Part shown: piece by piece, positions 47,901 through 59,900 of the stretch
How the letters are laid out: each line of letters starts with the position of its first letter
Numbering within the stretch: the first letter of the stretch is position 1
Origin: Mobula hypostoma
Taxonomy: Eukaryota
Reading direction: 5' to 3'
Length of the DNA stretch: 64,000 bases
NCBI RefSeq assembly: GCF_963921235.1
Contig: NC_086097.1
Span: 63,800,001 to 63,864,000 of the forward strand
The notes under the pieces: model-generated
Told to the model about the DNA's origin: nothing
Seen by the model: only the letters and a program-made list of their open reading frames with translations
The model's database searches: none
Made by a program: the position numbers and the translations under genes

Positions 47901-50900
47901 ACTTCACTCGCCCCATTACTGAACTGTTCCCCACAACGTATAACTCACTTTCAAGGATTCCTCATTTTATGTTCACGATGTTTCTCGCTTATTTATTATT
48001 ATTTTTTCTTTTTATATTTGCAGTCTGGTGTCTTTTGCACACTGGTTGTCTGTCCTGTTGGATGCGGTCTTTCATTGATTATATTGTGTTTCTTTTACTT
48101 ACTGTGATTGCCCGCAAGAAAATTAATCTCAGGGTTTTATATGGAACATATATGTACTTCGATAAATTTACTTTGAACTTAAGTAGGTACTGTCTGAACT
48201 GAAGTGCTTGTGTTACTGTAGGATAAACATGGCAACACACTTGATTTAACCGAAATGTTCCGGGTTCAAGTTCCGCTCCAGACACTTGAGAATATGATCT
48301 GGGCATGAGAGGCACTCACACCGTTGCTGTTTGTATGCTCTGTCCGTGCTCGACAGTTTCTCCACAGCTTTGAACGCATTTGTTTCTCACTGGCTGCGGG
48401 AGAGGTTGTGAAAGGGGCAGTGCTACTATTGGCTTTGTTTCACTTCGTTGACAGTAGAAATGAGGTTAAAGGTAGCAGAGTAACAACATTAGTTCTCCAC
48501 AGAAAGTGGTGATTTCCCTTCGCCCAATCCCCGTCCCCTACTTCTCCAAACTCTGTACGCCGGCAGCGCCGGTGACCAACCCATTCGTCCCCGATGCCCA
48601 CTCCATGCTACTCGGCACAATGCACGTCCTTGCACCGTTTCTACCCGGCCAGCTGGTGTTGCCCCCCCGGGCTCTGGCAACTCCCCCTCCCTGGGTGACC
48701 GGAAGGCAGTGACTGTGGACCGTGCCTTTCGACCCGGAAGCACAGCCTGCGCTGTGAAGATGGCGGTGGGCCCGACGCACCGGTAGCTCCACGTCGTCCC
48801 GACTAAGCCTCGGGAGTCCGGAGAGGGGCGGACGGTTCAGGTTCCTCTGCGATTTGCCGCAGGGTGTTGACTGTCCGTGGCTACTGAAGAGGCAATTGCC
48901 GGTGATGGCCCAGGATTTCTTAACAACATCGCTCTCCCGGCCGGCAAGTAGTTGATAGCACCAACCACTCACCCTTCACCTCCGTCCCGGTCCTGTCTCT
49001 CCCCATCCTCCTCTTCCTCTACTCAATCATCTCTTCCACGTCCTCTTGTCACCGACCTCCCCCTCTCCTTACCCACATCCTCCTGCACTTGTCTCACTTA
49101 TTTATTACCAAGTCGGACAGTTTTGTCTGTTGACATCTCTTCTGCTCCTGTTGACTGTCCCATTTCTTCTAGCTCTGGAATGCGCCCCCATTACCATGGT
49201 AATGTTGCGTTAGGTTGTATCACAGCAGGGAAATTAATAATCTGGTCTAAAAGATCCACCATTATTCGTTGACCAGTCTCCAAATTTAAAATGGATATGT
49301 TTCTAGAGAAGAAATAAATGTTGTTTCCAGCATGATACCAGTTCTAAGAAGTTATACCTATCAGCAGACTCCTTTCCTTATCTAACTTCGCCAACATATG
49401 CTTCTATTTAACATAACTGCACTTTCAGCATTGCAACTCACCCAGAGGTGTTTTACCTGACTGTTAGCAAACGGAGGATTTGAGGATAGCTAACGTTGTT
49501 CTGCTGTTTAAGAAAGACTCTAAAAATAAACCATGAAATCGTAGGCTGGTGAGCCTATGAGTAGTGGGAAAGTTCCTGGAAGGCATTCTTAGGGACCAAA
49601 TATATGAATATTTGGATTGATCTTGACTAATTATGGATAGTCAGCATGGCTTTGTGCATGGTAGGTTTTGTTCAACCAATCATATAGAGTTTTTTTTGAG
49701 GAAGTTATCTGGAAAGTTGATGAAGGCAGGGCAGTGGATGTTGTCTACACAGACTTGAGCGAGGCATTTGACAAGGTCCCACATGGGCAGTTGCTCAAGA
49801 AGGTTCAGTCGCTTGACTTTCAAGATGAAGTAGTAAATTGAATTAGACATTGGTTTGGAGGCCTGTGACTAGTCGAGTGCAGCAGGGATCGGTGCTGAGT
49901 CCATTGTCGTTTGTCCATCTGTATCAATGATCTGGATGATAATGTGGTTAATTGGATCAGCAGATTTGCAGATGAAACCAGGATTGTGGGAGCGGTGGAC
50001 AGCAAGGAAGTCTAACTGAGCTTGCAGTGGGATCTGGACCAGCTGTAAAGATGGGCTGAGAAATGGCAGATGGAATTTAATGCAGACAAGTGTGAGGTTT
50101 TGCACTTCAGTAGGACCAACCAGGGCAGGTCTTACACAATGAATGGTAGGACACGGAGGAATGCGGTAGAGAAAAGGGATCTGGGAATACAGGTCCATAA
50201 TTCATTAAAAGTGGTGTCACAGGTACATAGGGTTGTGAAGAAAGCATTTGACACATTGGCCTTCGTAGATCAAATATTTACAGGAGTTGGGATGTTATGT
50301 TGAAGTTGTATAAGACGTTGGTGAGGCCTAATTTGGAGCACCGTGTGCAGTTTTGGTCACCTACCTACAGGAAAGGTATAAATAAGGTTGAATGAATGCA
50401 GGGAAAATTTACAAGTAGGTTGCTGGCACTGGAGGACCTGAGTTATAAGTAAAGATTGAATAGATTACGACTGTATTCCTTGGAACTTAGAAGATTGATG
50501 TGAGATTTGATAGAGGTTTGCAAAATTGAAGGGTATACATAGGGTAAATGCGAGTAGGTTTTTTCCACTGAGGTTGGGCGGGAATACAACCAGAGGTCAT
50601 AGGTTAGGGGTGAAAGTTGAAAAGTTTAAGGGGAACAAGAAGGGAAACTCCTTCACTCAGAGGATCGTGAGAGTGTGAAACGAGCTGCCAGCAACAAGTG
50701 CTGCATGTGAGTTCGCTTTCAATGTTTAAGCAAAGTTTGGATAGGTACATGGGTGGTGTGGAGGGCTATGGTCCCGGTGCAGGTTGATAGGAGAAGATAG
50801 TTTAAGTGGTTCAACATGGACTAGATGGGCAGAAGGGCCTACTTCTGTGCTGCTCTTTACTATGACCCCAAGTCCACATCTGACATGTGGAGGGTGTTTA

Positions 50901-53900
50901 AGGACCAATTGCACAGAGTACAGGAAAGGTATGTTCCAGTCAGATGCAAGGACAAGGATTGCAATGTAAGAGAACCTTGGATGTTGAGAGAGATGATAAA
51001 TGTAGTCAATAAGAAAAAGGAAATGTAAAGTTTAGGAAGCTAGAATCAAACAGAGCCTGTGAGGAGTATAAACAAGCCAGAAAAGCACTCAAAGAAGGGA
51101 ATTAGGAAAGCCAGGAGGGGCCATGGAAAGTCCTTGGCAAGTAGGATTAAAGAGAATCCCAAGCTTTCTATACATACATCAAGAGGAAGGGGATAACTAG
51201 GGAGAAGGTAGGACCACTCAAAAATAAAGGGAGGATCATTTGATTATAGGTGGTGGATGTGGGTGAACTCTTTAATAAGTATTCTACATCAGTATTTATC
51301 AATGAGACCATGCCGATGATAGGGAGATCAGTGCTGAGTGTACTGATGTGCTAGGGCATTTTGAGATAAAGGAGGAGGTAGTGTTAGGTCTCTTTAAGAG
51401 CATTAAAGTGGACGAGTCCCCAGGGCCAAATGAGATATACCCCAGGTTTTGAGAGAGGAAAGAGAAAAGATTGTTGGAGCCTTGATCAATATCTTCGTGC
51501 CCTCTAGCCACGTGCGAGATCCTGGAGGACTAATGAGGACCAGGGATAATTCTGGAAATTAGAGGGTGGTAAGTCTCATATTAGTAGTAGGGAAGTTACT
51601 GAAGAGAATTCTTAGGGAAAGGATTTATGAGCTTTGGAAAACCATGCTCTAATTAGGGAGAACTAACATGGCTTTGTGCGGGGCAAGTCATGTCTTACCA
51701 ACTTGATTAAGTTTTTTGACGAGGTGACAAGGGTGAAGTTAGAGCTGTGGATGTTGTTTGTATGGATTTCAGTAAGATATTTTACAAGGTCCCTCACGGG
51801 AGCCTCATCCAGAAGATTAAGGAGCATGGAATCCATGGGGAATTGGCTGCTTGAATTCAGATCTGGGTTGCCCACAGAAGACAGAGGGTGGTGATTGAAG
51901 GGAATTATTCGAACTGGAGGTTTGTGATTCGTGGTGTTCTGCAGGGATATGTACTAGGACCTCTGCTGTTTGTGATGTATATGAATGGCCTGGATGAAAA
52001 TGTGGATGGGCGAGTTGGTAAGTTTGTAGATGATACGAAGATTGGTGTTCTGGACGGTGTAGATGACAGGCAAAGAATACTTTGGGATGTAGATTGGTTG
52101 CAGATATGGATGGAGAAATGGCAGATGGAGTTTAACCCAGCCAAATGTGAAGTATTGCACCTTGGTTGGTGAAATGTGGAGGGACAGTACACTGTTAAGG
52201 ACAGAGCCTTTAACAGTGTTGACGAGCAGAGGACTCTTGAGCAGGTGGCAAATGGCATGCTTGCCGTTATTAGTCGAGGCATTGAGGTCAAAAGTCAGGA
52301 AGTTATGTTGCAGCTTTATAAAACTAGTTAGGCCACATCTGGAATATTGTGTACAGTTCTGGTCGCTCCATTATAGGAAGGATGTTGAGGTTTTGGAGAG
52401 GGTCCAGAGAGGTTTACCAGAATGTTGCCTGGATTAGCTGGTTTGTGCTATCATGAGAGGTGACAAACGTGGGTTGTTTTCTCCGAGGCTGAGTGGAGAT
52501 CTGAGAGGTTTATAAGACTATGAGAGGCATAGATATAGTAAACAAACAATATTATCATTAAAACATATAATAGATGTTTTTTTCAGCAGTGCAGTGCAAG
52601 ACACAAAAACTCTTATAAAATAAATTGTGCAAAAGATGGGTTCATGAGCAGATCAGAGAAGTGTTGGCAGAAGGAAGAAGCTTTTCTTAAAACGCTGAGT
52701 GTTGGTCTTCAGGCTCCTGTACCTCCTCCCACTGGTAGTAACACACAGAGGGCAGGTGAGGCTCTTCAATGATGGATGTGACCTTCTAGAGGCACTGGCT
52801 CTTGAAGATGTCTGTGATAACAGAGAGGTTGTGTCTGTGATGGAGCCGGCTGAACCCTCTGCAGCCTCTTGTAATCCTGTCAGTGTAAGCCTCCACACCA
52901 AACTGATGCAACCAGTCAGAATGCTCTCCACTATAACATCAGCGGAAATTTGCAGATATGTGTGCTGATGTGAATGAAGGTGGTGGTGGATGGAGAAAGG
53001 TAGGACTGCTTTCATTCTTGAGTGACTAGAACTGGGGCTTTAGGATGGGAGGAGAGTAGGTATATAGGGAAATGTGAGACCATAATAGGATTTTAAAACA
53101 AGGAAAGTACTTTTCAATGAAGACATTGTTTAACCTGAAATCACGTGGGAACATAGATGACCAAAAGATCAACAAAACTGTAGTAATAGTAACAGGCATG
53201 TGTGAGGGTTCAGCAGTAGAGGACAGGTACTGAAATAGTTAATCTTATGGCACTAACATGTGTTCCAAACTTCTTCAATAAAATACGTACTTTTTCCCTT
53301 TATTCTGTTATTTCCCCTTATTACATATTCTTGTTAGCCTAGCTGCATCTTGTAGTAGCAATTTCCACCAATGTAAAGAAGATAGAAAATCTCTTTTTCT
53401 TCCTCACACACTCATTATTGCTAGATATATCAGTACACATGGTGTTGACCCTGCTATGATGATGATGGCAATATTTTACTTGCAGTCATATCAGACAGTG
53501 ATGGATACGTTACTTGAAGATCTAGGAGCTTCATCAAACTTGCATGGTCCCTGCACTGAGTTGTTCCTGATTTCAGTTCTGCTGGGGATTATCACTGCAT
53601 TGCTATTCATCTACAGGACTTGCCAGGCAGTAGGTATATTTGTATTTCACAATAGTTGGATTGTTAAATATAACATTAAGTATCATGAACCTGTAGAGTC
53701 CTTAATGTTTTTTTTAAACGGACATTCATATGATAAAATAACTGCTTCTATACTGCTTGCTCTTTAGGTGAAAAGCAGAAGATACATGGGTAAGTCACTG
53801 ACTGTTTGCAAGCAATATCTGTAACCAGATAATTTACACAGTAATCTAATCAGTCCATTCTTTAAGTTTTCCAAATTTTAATCTTTTAGGGAGAGAGAAA

Positions 53901-56900
53901 CAACTTGCAGAAAAAGTTTCCCAACTGTTTGATGAGAAATGCAAAATTCTTGAAACACTGAGTAGTTGTAAACAAAAGGTAAGTGCAACTATTGCTCTTG
54001 TGTTTTGCTCTTATGTTATTCATTACAATAATTGAATTGTCACTCTTGTGATATGGTATAGCTTCAGTGTATGTTTGATGAGACTATTAGCAGCTAAATT
54101 AACAAATGTAGCGTTTTTACGTTTGCGTTTGCTGCTTATACTCTCAGAACAGAGTGCACATCCCATGCTCACTTGAAAATTAATTAGGGAAATCCCATGT
54201 TAGTCATCATCTTTGGAAATTGAATTATGTCAATCAGACCAAGCAGTCTTCAAAAGTGACAATTGAAGTTAATTCACATAGTCATTTGCACAGAGAAGAT
54301 AATTAATAATAAATCAGGCAAGAACTAATCAAGCAAGCAGTCAGAAAATATTTTAATGCTCATTTTTTTTGGAGAAAAAGTTTGATATTGAAAGCAGCAA
54401 CTATGAATCAGCGATTCCAGAGATAGAACCAGAGACTTGTACAGTATGGACACAGGCATTTTGGCCCATAGTGTCCACATCCACATTTTTGACCGTTCAC
54501 CTGCTTTCACCTTACCTGTTTAAGCGTCTTGTCCAAATGTTGTATAAGTGTTGTATATGACTACACCTTCCAGCTGGCCAAAATTGATTGGAAGGGGAAG
54601 CTATCAGGGATAAATGCAGAACAGCGAAGGCTGGAATTTCTGGGATCAGTTTGGAAGGTGCAGGATAGATATATCCCAAAGATGAGGTATTCTAAAAGGA
54701 AGATGAGGCAACCTTGGCTGATGAAGGAAATCAGAGACAGCGTCAATGCAAAAGAGAGGGCATGTAGTATAGCAGGAATTAGTGGAAAGTTAGAGGATTG
54801 GGAAGTTTTAAAAACCAACAGAAGGCATCTAAAAAAGCCACCAGGAGAGAAAAGATTAAATATGAAGGTTAGACTAGCTAATAATAGAAAAGAGAAAACA
54901 AAAAGTTATTTTGGATATATAAAGAGTAAGAGGGAAGTGAGAGTAGATATCGGACTGCTGGAAAATGACATTGGTGAGGTACTAATGGGAAACAAAGAAA
55001 TGGTGGATGTACTTAGTAAACGTTTTGCATCACTCTTCACTGTGGAATACACTAGCAGTATATCAGGAATTTGAGAGTGTCGGCAGAAGCGAGTGTAGTT
55101 ACTATTACTAAGGAGAAGCTGCTAGGGAAACTGAAAGGTCTGAAGTTAGGTAAGTCACATGGGCAAGATGGACTACACCCCAGGGTTCTGAAAGAGGTAA
55201 CTGAAGAGATTGTGGAGGTATTAGTAATGATCTTTCAAGAATCAATAGATTCTGGAATGGTTACAGAGGACTGGAAAATTGCAAATGTCGCTCCACTCTT
55301 TAAGAAGGGAGGACAGCAGAAGAAGGGAAATTATAGACCAGTTAGCCTGACCTCATTGGTTGGAATTGGTTGGTTGTTAAGGATGTGATTTTGGGGTACT
55401 TGGAGGCAAATCAGGCTGAAGTCAGCATACTGTCCTTAAGGGAAAATCTTACCTGACAAATCTGTTTGAATTCTGTGAAGAAATAACAAGGATAGACAAA
55501 AGAGAATCAGCGGATGCTGTGTGTAAAAAGAAAACTTGAATCTTCTTTAAATCTCCTACCTCATCTTAAAATTGTGCCCCCTTCTTTATATTACCCTGAC
55601 CATCAGATAATGATATTTTGCTCTGTATTGCACACTACATGCACAATGCAACACTAAAGCATACTGCTTTACTGAATGTGCATTTAGGGCCCTAGTAGAA
55701 TTGGTACCAACTATGAAAAGGCAGGATAAGCCCTATTATAGTACCCCATCTGTGCCTATCACAATCTTGCATACTTCAATCAGATCACCCTTCAATTTCC
55801 TTCACTCCCAAGGAAAACAAGCCTAGCCTTATCAGATTGCTCCCCATAAATCTGCAAGGAATATATTAGAATAACTTAGTAGGTCAAGGAGTCCCGTGCA
55901 ATACCTGTCATAGGAATATAGTGCTTCATTGAATGTGTATTCAGAGCCATAGTAGAATTGGATCAACTATGAAATTGCAGGTTAGGTCCTGTAACGGTAT
56001 AAACACAGTTAAAACTGTTTTATCTTTATTTAAAAGTAGTATTACAGCAGTACTAATGACAAAGAAAATTATGAGGCATCCTTTTAAAGTTTATATATAA
56101 CAAGTATTTCTGCAACTTGACCTCAATTAGCTTATTGAGTTTATCCAATTTTTATTTATAGTTATAATAAATTAAGATCAACCTAAATAATTTATTTGCC
56201 CTTAATTTACATAATTGGCCTTCTGTTTTTAGTACAATGAATTTGAAGTTTCTGTGAAAGATGCTGCCAGCTTAAAACAATCAACAGAAACAAAGACTTT
56301 GCATCTTCAGGTAAAAGTACTGTTAAATAAGCTCCAATCTGTTTTAAGATTGCCAGAAGGTTGTGTTTTTGGCTGTGACCCAAATATTTATGGAAGTGGA
56401 TTTTTTAAGGGAGTACTTTTATGATCTTTAATGATTACATTTTCTGTTATTAATAATATAGAATTATTATCATTATGAAACTGGCAGGTCCTCAAATTAC
56501 AAGTGGATAGATGTTTCTGACAGAGCTACAACACACACACAAATATTTTTATTTATTTATTGAGATAAAGTGCGGAATAAGCCCTTCCAGCCCTTCGAAC
56601 TGCACTGCCTGATTTAACCCTAGCCTGATCATAGGACAATTTACAAAGACAAATTAAGTTACCAGCTGGTACACCTGTGGACTATGGGAAGAAACCATGG
56701 CATCAGGAGGAAATCTATGCGGAAGTAGGGAGAATGTACAAACTCTTTGCAGACAGCCGTGGGAGTTGAACCCAGGTCGCTGATACTGAAAAGCATTGTG
56801 CTAACCACCACACTACCGTGCTGCCCCATGCCTTTAAAATTGTATTTTAAAGCTCATTGTGTTGTTTGGACTCTAGTGAATTGGACTGGGTGAGATGGGT

Positions 56901-59900
56901 TCAAGTCTATGAAAAAGACAGAAGTCCAGGTAGATTGATTAGGATGGGTTTATCTGACAGGGAATAAGGAAGCTAGCATTGTTATAACCTTTACACTGAT
57001 ATAATGAGTTTAGACCAGTCTTATGGATGTAAAAACAAAATACTTGTAAAACTTAGCAGGTCAGGCAGTATTTGGAAAACGATACAGTATTAACATTTCA
57101 GGTTTATTGTTTCCAGTATTTTCTGTACTATTTGTGATTTCTAGTTTCTGCATTTTTCAAATTATAAAGTCAATTGTATTTCAAGAAACTTAGTATAAAT
57201 TGCATAATAGATGAGTGACTATCTTAAAAATCTGTAATTATCCATATTGTATTGATAATTAATGTAAGTGTACCATTTGCGGTAGATGCTGTAGCATGAT
57301 ACTGTAGATACTGTAGGAGGTGTAAGGTGCCCCTTGCCACCACTAACCTGCGGGTCTCCTTGGGCATGGTGTAGCACCTGCTTAGCACCCCCCCCCCCCC
57401 ACCACCACCACCACCCCGATCAGGGTCACGTGAAGCCATGGGATCAGGTGATCAGGTGGTGGATGGTCGTATGAGCAGCTGGTGCATATCACAAGTCCTG
57501 GTTATGTGACCACTGCTGCTAGGCAGACAATCTCTGGGTTCACCTGTCTTATAAAGACACTGCCCAGAAAAAAGCAATGGCAGCCCACTTCTGTAGAAAA
57601 ATTTCCCAAGAAAATTTATGGTCATGGAAAGACCATGATTGTCTATGTCATACGACACAGCATATAAAGTATAAACTGTAGCATGAGCACTTTGATTTAC
57701 GTACAGCTTTGTAAGCCGTATCTTTTGGAATCACCAATCCAAGTTGAGTTTTCTCACCACAGATCTGCCATCTTCAGTGTACATCATAAAAGAATTTATT
57801 CAAGATAGTTTGAGATCTCCCATTCGCCATTTAATTTTGAGCATTTTCACATTTTAAAAACTAAAGTTTCCTTTAATTTGCTTTGTTATTTAACTATTGA
57901 TGAACCAAGTTTCTTCCTTTATTTCTTAAATTGATCTCTTATTAATATTCAGAGGAAAGGATGTTAAGAGAGCTTACTATGAGAAGTTTATGATTTAAAT
58001 AATTTAAAGAGAAGCACAAATATCATATTTGTTGAAATTTAACTTGTAATTCTTAAGATCACTGCTTCCTGTTGGTGATTTTAAATGTTTGTCTTGTTCA
58101 TTGTATAAACTAGAATTTGACCAGGTTTGTGTACTGCTTATTTATATTAACAAATAACAAATTGAAATAACCAAAATTGTTTAATATTGATTCAGAATTC
58201 TTTTAGACCATATGGTCATAAAACATAGGAGCAGAATTAGGCCAGTCGGACGATTGAATCTGCTCCACCATTCCATCATAGCTGATTTATTATCCCTCTC
58301 AACCCCATTCTCCCACCTTCTTCCTATAACCTTTGACTCCCTGACTAATCAAGAACCCATCATCCTCCGCTTTAAATATGCTGAATGACATGGCCTCCAC
58401 AGCTGTCTGTGGCAAGGAATTCCGCAGATTCCTCACTCTTTGGTTAAAGAAATTCCTTCTCATCTCTGTTCTAAATGGGTGTCCCTCTATTCTGAGGCTG
58501 TGCCCTCTGGTCCTAGTCTCACCCACTACAGGAAACATCCTCTCCACATGCATTTTATCTAGGTCTTTAAATATTTGATAGTTTCAGTGTGATTCCCCCT
58601 AATTCTTCTAAACTCCAGCAAGTACAGACCCACAGCCATCAAACACTCTTCATACATTAACCCCTTCATTCCCGCAATCGTTCTTGTGAACCTCCTCTCG
58701 ACCCTCTCCATTGCCATTTTATTAGATGGGCCCAAAAGCTGTTCACAAAACTCCGTTTGGTCTGACCAATGCCTTATAAAGCCTTAGCATTACATCCTTG
58801 CTTTTGTATTCTAGTCCTCTTGAAATGAATGTTAACATTGCATTTGCCTTCCTTAACACAGGCTCAACTTGGAAATTAACCTTTAGTGAATCCTGCATGA
58901 GGATTCCCAAGTCCCTTTGCACCCCTGATTTCTTGAACTTTTTCCCATTTAGAAAATAGTCTACGCTTTATTCCTTCTACTGAAGTGCTTGACCGTACAC
59001 TTTTCTATGCTGTATTCCATCTGTCACTTCTTTGCCCATTCTCCTAATCTGTCCAAGTTCTCCTGCAGACTCTGTTTCCTCAACGCTACCAGCCCCTCCA
59101 CCTATCTTTGTATCATCTAAAAACTTGGCAACAAAGCCATCAATTCTGTAATCCAAATCATTGACATATAACATGAAAAGAAGCGATCCCAAAACCAGCT
59201 CTTGCAATACACCACTAGTCACTGGCAGCCAACCAGAATGTGCTCCCTTTATTCCCATGCTTTGCCTCCTGTCAGTCTACCAACCTATTATCCATGATAA
59301 TATCTTATCACAGGCTCTTATTTTAAGTAACTTCATGTGTAGCACCTTGTCAAGGCCTTCTGAAAATCCAAATAAACAATGTCTACTGACATCTACTGTC
59401 GTCTACTGACGTCTACTGTCTATCCAGTCTGTTATTTCCTCAAAGAATTCCAACAGATTTGTCAGGTAAGATTTCCTCTTGAGAAAACACTACTGACTTT
59501 GTCCTCCAAGCACCCCAAAACCCCATCCTTAATTATGGACTTCAACATCTTCCCAATCATTGAAGTCAGGCAACCTGACTGTGATTTCCTTTCTTCTACC
59601 CCCCCCCCCCCCCCCGGGTTCAGGTGTAACCCATCCATTTCTCCCCCCAGAAGACATCCCAATTATCCAGAAATCTGAAACCTTGCTCCATGCACCACAT
59701 CCTCATTTAACTGTGTAATCATCCTATTCCTGCCCTAACCAGCACATGGTGCTGGGAGTAATCCAGAGGTCCTGCTCTTCAGTCTCTTCTCTAACTAACT
59801 CCTTGCACTTATTGCACAGGACCTCTTCCCCCTTTCTACCCATGTCATTGGTGCCAATGTGCCCCAGGACATCTGGCTGCTCACCCTCCCTCTTGAGAAT

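Noticed and set aside
48760..48786. ATG in AAGATGGCGG as the main cTAGE5 start
   Set aside because: Stops after 8 codons; the nearby CG|gtagct donor is weak and out of phase with exon 7.
56755..56826. tRNA gene
   Set aside because: The A/B boxes belong to a SINE head; no full cloverleaf.
59380..59420. 4 x 10-bp repeat (G/A)TCTACTG(A/T)C
   Set aside because: Local slippage inside a decayed CR1; no sign of function.
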